From an uncultured Alphaproteobacteria bacterium (lineage in GTDB: Bacteria; Pseudomonadota; Alphaproteobacteria; Reyranellales; Reyranellaceae), in contig CAWFYW010000017.1 in assembly GCA_963820155.1 (NCBI GenBank), positions 651,020 to 715,019 of the forward strand: a stretch of DNA of 64,000 nucleotides, read 5' to 3'. How positions within the stretch are numbered: position 1 is the first letter of the stretch; every line of letters begins with the position of its first letter. The notes under the pieces are model-generated. The model did not search any database. It was not told where the DNA came from and was given only the letters and a program-made list of their open reading frames with translations. Both the position numbers and the translations under genes were made by a program. Of the stretch, positions 57,497 through 64,000 are shown in pieces.

Positions 57497-59062
57497 GTGG
57501 GCACGGTCAAGAATGTCTTGTTCATCATGTGCGACCAGCTGCGCGCCGATCATCTGTCCTGCGCCGGCCATCCCACGCTCGAGACTCCCGCCATCGATTC
57601 GCTGGCCAGGCGCGGCGTGCTGTTCCCGCGCGCCTATGTGCAGTCCGGCGTCTGCGGCCCCTCGCGCATGAGCTACTACACCGGCCGCTACATGTTCAGC
57701 CACGGCGCCACCTGGAACCGCGTGCCGCTCTCGCTGCGCGAGAAGACGATCGGCGATTACCTGCGTCCCGCCGGCCTGCGCGTGGCCTTGGCCGGCAAGA
57801 CCCATGTGCTGCCCGACAGCGAGGGGCTGGAGCGTTACGGCATCGAAGGCGGCTCGGCGTTGGCCGCCCTGATGCGCGCCGGTCGCTTCGAGGAGCTCGA
57901 CCGCTACGACGGCCATTCGCCGCCGGGCGGGGAAAGCGGCTATGCCGCCTATCTGCGCGCGCACGGCTACGCCTCCGACGATCCATGGAGCGACTATGTG
58001 ATCTCCGCCGACGGACCGGACGGCAAGCCGGTGTCGGGCTGGCACATGCGCAACGTCCACCTGCCGGCGCGCGTCGCCGAGGAGCATTCCGAGACCGCCT
58101 ACATGACGCGCGAGGCCATGCGCTTCATCGACGAGATGGGCGAGAAGCCGTGGTTCCTGCATCTCAGCTACGTCAAGCCGCACTGGCCCTACATGGCGCC
58201 CGCGCCCTATCACGCGATGTACGGGGCCCAGGACTGCCTGCCGCTCAATCGCGACAACTCGGAGCTCGCCGACCAGCATCCCGTGCTCGCCGCCTATCGC
58301 CGGCACGAGGAGTCCGTGTCCTTCCAGCGGCCCGAGGCGCCCGGCATCGTGCGGCCGGCCTACATAGGCCTCATCAAGCAGATCGACGACTGGCTCGGCC
58401 GCCTGTTCGACCAGTTGAAGAAGGCTGGCCGCTTCGACGATACGCTGATCTTCTTCACCGCCGACCACGGCGACTTCCTGGGCGACCACTGGCTGGGCGA
58501 GAAGGAGATGTTCTACGAGGAGGCCCTACGCGTGCCCTTCATCGTCTACGATCCCGACTCGGCGGCCGACGCCACGCGCGGCACCGTGGACCGCCGTTTC
58601 GTCGAAGCCGTCGATGTCGTGCCGACCTGCCTGGCGGCCCTCGGCCAGCCGGCGAACGACCATCTCGTCGAGGGAAGCTCGCTCCTGCCGCTGCTGCGCG
58701 GCGGCGAGGTCGGCGCCTGGCGCGACGCAGTCTTTTCCGAGCTCGATTATTCCTTCCGCGAAGCCCGCAAGCTGCTCGGCCGCAGGCCGCAGGACTGCCG
58801 CGCCATGATGGTGCGCACCGATCGCTGGAAATATGTCTGGTGGCAGGATTTCCGCCCCATGCTGTTCGACCTCGCGGCCGATCCCGGCGAGCGGCGCGAC
58901 CTCGGCGCCGACAGTGCGCACGGTTCCGTGCGCCGCGAGATGGAAGAGCGCATCGGCGCCTGGCTGAAGGCCCGCAAGACCCGCGTCACCGTCGACGATG
59001 CCTATGTCGAGGCGCGCACGGCCACCCACAAGAAGCACGGCATCTTCTTCGGCGTCTGGTAG
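57497..59062 (+). CDS. Sulfatase/phosphonate monoester hydrolase family (alkaline phosphatase superfamily)
   Basis: IMCDQLR, VCGPSR (CxPxR formylglycine motif), SYVKPHWP, TADHGD.LGDHWLGEK. Confidence 0.88.
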   Translation: MGTVKNVLFIMCDQLRADHLSCAGHPTLETPAIDSLARRGVLFPRAYVQSGVCGPSRMSYYTGRYMFSHGATWNRVPLSLREKTIGDYLRPAGLRVALAGKTHVLPDSEGLERYGIEGGSALAALMRAGRFEELDRYDGHSPPGGESGYAAYLRAHGYASDDPWSDYVISADGPDGKPVSGWHMRNVHLPARVAEEHSETAYMTREAMRFIDEMGEKPWFLHLSYVKPHWPYMAPAPYHAMYGAQDCLPLNRDNSELADQHPVLAAYRRHEESVSFQRPEAPGIVRPAYIGLIKQIDDWLGRLFDQLKKAGRFDDTLIFFTADHGDFLGDHWLGEKEMFYEEALRVPFIVYDPDSAADATRGTVDRRFVEAVDVVPTCLAALGQPANDHLVEGSSLLPLLRGGEVGAWRDAVFSELDYSFREARKLLGRRPQDCRAMMVRTDRWKYVWWQDFRPMLFDLAADPGERRDLGADSAHGSVRREMEERIGAWLKARKTRVTVDDAYVEARTATHKKHGIFFGVW

Positions 59063-59078
59063 GCCGGGAGCGTCGCGG

Positions 59079-59732
59079 CTACATCATCGCGGGTTCTTCG
59101 CGGTGCAGCCCCAGGCTCTCCGCCATGCGCACGAGGTCGGCCAGCGTCTTCACGCCCATCTTGCGCATGAGTTGGCCGCGATGGATCTTCACCGTGACCA
59201 CGCTCAGCCCCAGCCGGCCCGCGACCTGCTTGTTCATCAGGCCGCCGGTCACCAGCGTCATGACCTCGCGTTCGCGCGGCGTCAGGGTCTCGAACAGCGC
59301 GCGAGCCTCGGCTGCGAGCTTCTCGTCCTCGCGGCGCTGGCGGTCGCGCGCGATGGCGAGCGTGACGGCGTCCAGCATGTCCTGGTCGCGGAACGGCTTG
59401 GTCAGGAAGTCGACGGCGCCCGCCTTCATCGCCCTGACCGACATCGGGATGTCGGCGTGCCCGCTCATGAAGATGATGGGCGTGCGGATATTGGCCCGGG
59501 CGAGCCTTGCCTGGAAGTCGAGGCCGCTCATGCCGGGCAGGCGGATGTCGAGCACCAGGCAGCTCGCGGCCTCGGGCAGTTTGCTGTTCAGCATTTCGCT
59601 GGCGGAGCCGAACAGCTCCACCTGAAGGTTGACCGACTGCAGGAGATTGCCCAGCGCTTCCCTCATCGACGCATCGTCGTCGACGACGAAAACCATCGGG
59701 TCTTCTTCCTGGCGTGCAGACCGGATCGCCAT
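59079..59732 (-). CDS. FixJ/NodW-like response regulator (REC-LuxR HTH)
   Basis: VFVVDDD, LVLDIRLPG, GAVDFLTKPF, LTPREREV, NKQVAGRLGLS.VTVKIHRG. Confidence 0.9.
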   Translation of the reverse strand: MAIRSARQEEDPMVFVVDDDASMREALGNLLQSVNLQVELFGSASEMLNSKLPEAASCLVLDIRLPGMSGLDFQARLARANIRTPIIFMSGHADIPMSVRAMKAGAVDFLTKPFRDQDMLDAVTLAIARDRQRREDEKLAAEARALFETLTPREREVMTLVTGGLMNKQVAGRLGLSVVTVKIHRGQLMRKMGVKTLADLVRMAESLGLHREEPAMM

Positions 59733-59734
59733 GG

Positions 59735-60115
59735 TTAGCCGCCTTTCTGACTGCCGAGTGCCCGCGCGACGGCGGCAAGCATCGCCTGGCCGTCGAAGGG
59801 CTTGCGAAAGAAGCAATGACTGTCCTGTGCCAGGCCGCGCTGCTGGTCGGCGATCTCGTGGCGCCCGGTGATCAGGATCACCGGCAGCCCGGGCCGCGCC
59901 GTGCGCGCCAGTCGCCTGAGCTCGAAGCCGTCGACCACCGGCATTCCGATGTCGGCGATGAGGCAATCGATCTGGTCCAGCGTGTCGGTCGCCAGCAGCG
60001 CCTGCGCCGAGGGGAACGCAACGACCGAATGGCCGGCCGATTCCAGCAGGTCCTCCAGCAACTCCAGCACGCGGCGGTCGTCGTCGACCACGGCGACAAG
60101 GGACTTTTGCGTCAT
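59735..60115 (-). CDS. Single-domain response regulator
   Basis: VAVVDDD, IADIGMP, LITGR, FRKPF. Confidence 0.88.
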   Translation of the reverse strand: MTQKSLVAVVDDDRRVLELLEDLLESAGHSVVAFPSAQALLATDTLDQIDCLIADIGMPVVDGFELRRLARTARPGLPVILITGRHEIADQQRGLAQDSHCFFRKPFDGQAMLAAVARALGSQKGG

Positions 60116-60116
60116 G

Positions 60117-60758
60117 TCATTGCGTCCCCATCCGCCGCGAATGGGTCACCGGGATCTGCAGCTTCTCGGCGATGCGCACCAGGTCGGCGAGCGACGCGGC
60201 GGCCATCTTCTGCATGATCTTGCTGCGATGGATCTGAAGCGTGACCTCGCTGATGCCGAGTTCGGTGGCCGCCTGCTTGTTCAGGAGCCCGCTCACCACC
60301 AGCGGCAGGACCTCGCGCTCGCGCGGCGTCAGTCCGGCAAGGCGCTGCCTCAATGTCTCGAGTTCGGCCCGCTCCAGGCGGGAGCGCCGATCCTGGTCGA
60401 TCGCGGCACGGATGGCTTCCACCAGTTCTGCCTCGCTGAAGGGTTTGGTCAGGAAATCGACGGCACCGCGCTTGATGGCGCGCACCGAGGAGGGGATGTC
60501 GCCGTGCCCGGTGATGAACACGATGGGCGGATGATGCCCGTCGGCGATCTGCTTCTGGAACTCGAGCCCGTTGATGTCGGGCAGCTCGACATCCAGCACC
60601 AGGCAGGCCGGCAGGTCGGGCCGCGGGAAGGCGCCGTACTCCGCCGCCGAACCGAACGCCACGGCCTGCATGTCGAGCGATGCCAGGAGCTCGCAGACGG
60701 CCTCGCGGATGCGATGGTCGTCGTCGACCACGAACACGATGTGATCCTGCTGCGTCAT
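60117..60758 (-). CDS. FixJ/NodW-like response regulator (second copy)
   Basis: FVVDDD, LVLDVELP, GAVDFLTKPF, LTPREREV, NKQAATELGISE.T..IHR. Confidence 0.9.
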   Translation of the reverse strand: MTQQDHIVFVVDDDHRIREAVCELLASLDMQAVAFGSAAEYGAFPRPDLPACLVLDVELPDINGLEFQKQIADGHHPPIVFITGHGDIPSSVRAIKRGAVDFLTKPFSEAELVEAIRAAIDQDRRSRLERAELETLRQRLAGLTPREREVLPLVVSGLLNKQAATELGISEVTLQIHRSKIMQKMAAASLADLVRIAEKLQIPVTHSRRMGTQ

Positions 60759-62938
60759 GCGGCATCGCCCGGCTGCACGGGGATGGAGAAGAGGAAGGCC
60801 GTCCCCGCCGGATCGCCCTTCGTCGCCCACAGGCGGCCCTCATGGGCTTCCACGATCGAGCGGCAGATCGCCAGCCCCATGCCCATGCCGTCGGCCTTGG
60901 TGGTGAAGAAGGGTTCGAAGATCTTTTCCGCGTCCTCGATGCCGCCGCCATGGTCGCGGATCTCGACCAGCACCCGGTCCGTGCCCTCGCGGCGCGACCG
61001 GATGGTGAGCGACTTCGGCCCATCCGCGACGCCGTCCATGGCGTCGATGCCGTTGCGCATGAGATTGACCAGGACCTGCTGCATCTGCACGCGGTCGGCC
61101 AGGGCCGCCGGCAGGTCGTGGTCCAGGACGGTCCGGACCTCGATGTTCCGGGTCGTGACGTCGTCGATCATGAGCTGGCACACTTCGGCAATCACCTCGT
61201 TGAGATCGACCGGGGCTCGGGTCGTCCCGGTCTGCTTGAACAATGCGCGGATGCGGCTCACCACCTCCGCCGCCGCGTTGGCGTCGCGGATGATGCGCTC
61301 GGTGGTGAGCCGCGCGCGTTGCAGGTTGGGAGGCTCGGCGGCGAGCCAGCGCTGGCAGGCATGGCTGTTGGTCACCACGGCGGCCAGCGGCTGGTTGACC
61401 TCGTGGGCGATGGAGGCGGAAAGCTCGGCCAGGCCCGCGAGCTGTGCGGCGCGCTGGAAGCGCGTCCGGGTCGAGCTCAGCGCCTGCTCGGCCCTGAGCC
61501 TCTCGTCGATGTCGACGTTGACCCCGTACCATTGCACCACGCTGCCGCCCTGGTCGCGCCACGGCTCGGCGCGGCCTTCGTGCCAGCGATAGACGCCGTC
61601 GGCGCGGCGCAGCCGGTAGGTGATCATGAAGGTCTGCCCGGTCTTGACCGACTGCGCCCAGCTGCGCAGCAGCACCGGCACGTCATCGGGGTGGATCATC
61701 TTCCAGCGCGACAGCGGGGCTTCCTCGGAAGACAGGCCGGAGTAATCGAGCAGGCGCTTGTTGAGATAGAACGGATCGCCCGAAGGTCGCGCACACCATA
61801 CCAGGGCGGGAATGGTGTCGATCAGCAGGCGGAGCTGCTGTTCGCTTTCGCGCAGTGCCTGTTCGGCCTTCTTCCGGTCGTCGATGTCGAACGTCAAGCC
61901 GTACCAGCCGGTGATGCGCCCGCCGGCATCGCGGGAGGGCCGGGCGACGCCGCGGAACCAGCGATAGACGCCGTCGTGCCGGCGCAGGCGGTGCTCGGTC
62001 AGGTAGGGCTCGCCCGTCTCCAGGCAATGCCGCCAGGTCTGCGCCACCCGCTCGACATCGTCGGAATGCAGCACCGCCATCCAGCCGAACCGGTCCTCCG
62101 CTCCGACGCGGTCGAGGTCCTCGCTTGTCCTGCCGGTGTATTCGAAGACGCTGGGATTGAGATACCTGAAGCGTCCTTCCGCATCGGTCGACCATCCGAG
62201 GCCGGGCATGCTTTCCACGATCATCCGCGTCTCGCGCGCGGCGCGGAGCTGCTCCTCGGCCTTCTTCTCGTCGTCGATGTCGAGCGTCACGCCGTACCAG
62301 CCGGTGATGCTTCCCTTGGCATCGCGCGAGGGTCGCGCCGCCGCCCGGAACCAGCGATAGACGCCGTCCTGGCGGCGCAGCCGATGCTCCGATTGATAGG
62401 GTTCGCCGGTCTGCAGGCAGCGTGCCCAGGCGTCCACCACCCGGTCGGCTTCGTCGGGATGCAGCACGCCCCGGCCGGCGAAGCTCGGCGGCTGGCTCCG
62501 CATGTCGTTGCCGACATAGTCGAAGACGGTGGGGCTGAGATACCTGAACATGCCCTGGCGGTCCGTCGACCATCCGAGTCCGGGCATGCTTTCCACGATC
62601 AGGCGGGTTTCATGATCGGCGCGGCGGGCGCGCTCGGTGCCCTGCTGGCGCTGCAGGACGAGGCCGACGAGCAGGGCCGCCGCCACGAAAGCGGCGAGCC
62701 GCATATAGGCTTTGTCGTCGTCCGCCAGGGGCAGGCCGGGGACGAGGACGAGGGCCGCCAGGCCGACCCCGCACAGGCCGATCGACAGCAGGCCCGGGCC
62801 ACGCCCGGCAAGGACATGGACCACCGTGATCCCCGCCAGCAGCCAGACGGCTTCGCCGGTCAGCCAGGTGAGGAGGAGCGCGGCGCCGCAGATCGCAACC
62901 GCCATGCCGTATTGCCGGATCGAAAGAGTGTCTTGCAT
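60755..62938 (-). CDS. NodV-like sensor histidine kinase (short TM input, 3 PAS/PAC, HisKA, HATPase)
   Basis: Three PAS-PAC units (LHPD..., YRLRRADGVYRW), SIAHEVNQPL, NLMRNG, FFTTKADGMGMGLAI. Confidence 0.9.
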   Translation of the reverse strand: MQDTLSIRQYGMAVAICGAALLLTWLTGEAVWLLAGITVVHVLAGRGPGLLSIGLCGVGLAALVLVPGLPLADDDKAYMRLAAFVAAALLVGLVLQRQQGTERARRADHETRLIVESMPGLGWSTDRQGMFRYLSPTVFDYVGNDMRSQPPSFAGRGVLHPDEADRVVDAWARCLQTGEPYQSEHRLRRQDGVYRWFRAAARPSRDAKGSITGWYGVTLDIDDEKKAEEQLRAARETRMIVESMPGLGWSTDAEGRFRYLNPSVFEYTGRTSEDLDRVGAEDRFGWMAVLHSDDVERVAQTWRHCLETGEPYLTEHRLRRHDGVYRWFRGVARPSRDAGGRITGWYGLTFDIDDRKKAEQALRESEQQLRLLIDTIPALVWCARPSGDPFYLNKRLLDYSGLSSEEAPLSRWKMIHPDDVPVLLRSWAQSVKTGQTFMITYRLRRADGVYRWHEGRAEPWRDQGGSVVQWYGVNVDIDERLRAEQALSSTRTRFQRAAQLAGLAELSASIAHEVNQPLAAVVTNSHACQRWLAAEPPNLQRARLTTERIIRDANAAAEVVSRIRALFKQTGTTRAPVDLNEVIAEVCQLMIDDVTTRNIEVRTVLDHDLPAALADRVQMQQVLVNLMRNGIDAMDGVADGPKSLTIRSRREGTDRVLVEIRDHGGGIEDAEKIFEPFFTTKADGMGMGLAICRSIVEAHEGRLWATKGDPAGTAFLFSIPVQPGDAA

Positions 62939-63023
62939 CGCACAGGCATTCCTTGCGCTGGATTACGACGCTTTGTTGCCTGAACCGCCGCGGACCATAG
63001 CAGAGCAGGCCGCCGTTCCGTCG

Positions 63024-63039
63024 TAATGGAAAACCATTA
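63024..63039. promoter_or_regulatory. Inverted repeat TAATGG-AAAA-CCATTA in the divergent kinase/oxygenase intergenic region
   Basis: Perfect 6-bp arms in an AT-rich patch; contains a T-N11-A motif. Confidence 0.45.
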
Positions 63040-63144
63040 TGGACAGGCGGCGCGCCGGCCGTCCTCCCCCGGGGCCGCGAAAGCGCCCGGCCGGCTTTGG
63101 CATATCGCTTGCTCCGCTTCCGGCACCCTGCAGCGGAGCGCGTC

Positions 63145-64000
63145 ATGGCCAAGCAAGCGGTTCCTGTCCTCGATATTTCGCCCTATCGCTCGGGCGATGA
63201 CGCCGCCCGGCTGGCGCTGGCCGCCGAGGTCGATCGCATATGCCGCGAGATCGGCTTCATGGTGATCGGCGGCCATGGCGTCGCCCCGGAGCTGGTCGCC
63301 GAGGTCGAGAGCCTCAGCCGGGATTTCTTCGACCTGCCGCTCGAGGAGAAGATGCGCATCGTGCGCCCGCGCCCGACGTGACGCGGGGTTACCAGCCCTT
63401 CAAGGCCGAGGTGCTGGTGCGCAGCCGCGGCGGCGATGCCGCGGGCGACCTGAACGAAAGCCTGATGATCGGCCCGGTCGATATCACCGGTTCGGCCTAC
63501 TACACGGCGGAGGCGGCGGGCCGGCATTTCGCGCCCAACCTCTGGCCCGAGCGGCCGGCCGGCCTGCGCTCGGCCTACGAGCGCTACTACCGCGTGGTGG
63601 ACCGGCTTGCCATCGATCTGATGCGCCTGTTCGCGCTCGCCCTCGACCTGCCGGAAAGCTATTTCGACGCCAGCGTCGATCGCAGCATCAGCCGGCTGCG
63701 CGTGCGCAACTACCCGGCGCCGGAGGTCGCGCCGGAGCCGGGGCAGCTGCGCGCCAGCGCGCACAGCGACTATGGCAGCCTCACCATCCTCAAGACCGAG
63801 GACCGGCCCGGCGGCCTGCAGGTGCTGGGCAAGGACGGCGAATGGCTCGACGTGCCGCACGTGCCGGGCTGCTTCGTCGTCAATATCGGCGACATGCTGG
63901 CGCGCTGGACCAACGATCGCTGGGTCTCGACCCTGCACCGGGTCGTCAATCCGCCGCTCGATCGCGCGGCCGAAAGCCGTCGCCAGTCGATCGTGTTCTT
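63145..64000 (+). CDS. 2OG-Fe(II) oxygenase, isopenicillin N synthase family (3' truncated; frameshift near 63375)
   Basis: VPVLDIS, GFMVIGGHGV, DLNES, LRVRNYP, AHSDYGSLTIL (HxD), VNIGDMLARWTNDRW.STLHRV. Confidence 0.88.

Noticed and set aside
1-64000. CRISPR array, tRNA/rRNA, IS, integrase or prophage genes
   Set aside because: I saw no regularly spaced repeats, cloverleaf ends or transposase/integrase/phage structural motifs by eye. The SLT gene alone does not indicate a prophage.

Overview
High-GC (roughly 68-70% by eye) alphaproteobacterial chromosomal DNA, possibly Reyranella-like. That taxon is an inference from protein families, sigma54/ANTAR/FNR motifs and REP style, not from a database search. 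About 55 genes are supported. From left to right: (1) an MFS exporter end, an alpha/beta hydrolase, and a TetR/AhpC-TSA pair bracketed by a 130-bp degenerate copy of the hydrolase 3' end; (2) a lytic transglycosylase with an 11-aa-repeat N-terminus followed by a secreted DUF3298/RsiV-like protein, a candidate effector/immunity pair; (3) acyl-CoA ligase, ArgE-like deacylase, divergent leuCD-eamA, and an FNR-box-led hlyD-rbbA-yhhJ operon; (4) a DUF1127 gene with a cuckoo/CcsR-like 3' RNA opposite a GcvA-like LysR; (5) LLM-MarR-PNPOx genes, an orphan binding protein and an adenylate cyclase; (6) an amino-acid catabolic region with an ABC importer, tandem amidohydrolases, Hyp epimerase/deaminase, racemase, DUF1445 and DUF2848; (7) a Ser/Thr kinase with MORN repeats; (8) a complete nitrate assimilation cluster with two sigma54 promoters and an ANTAR attenuator; (9) DUF882, macro domain, DUF924, a sulfatase-family hydrolase, a NodVW-like four-gene signalling block and a partial 2OG-Fe(II) oxygenase. 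About ten frameshifts fall in six otherwise intact genes and probably reflect long-read errors. I saw no tRNA, rRNA, CRISPR array, transposase or integrase.
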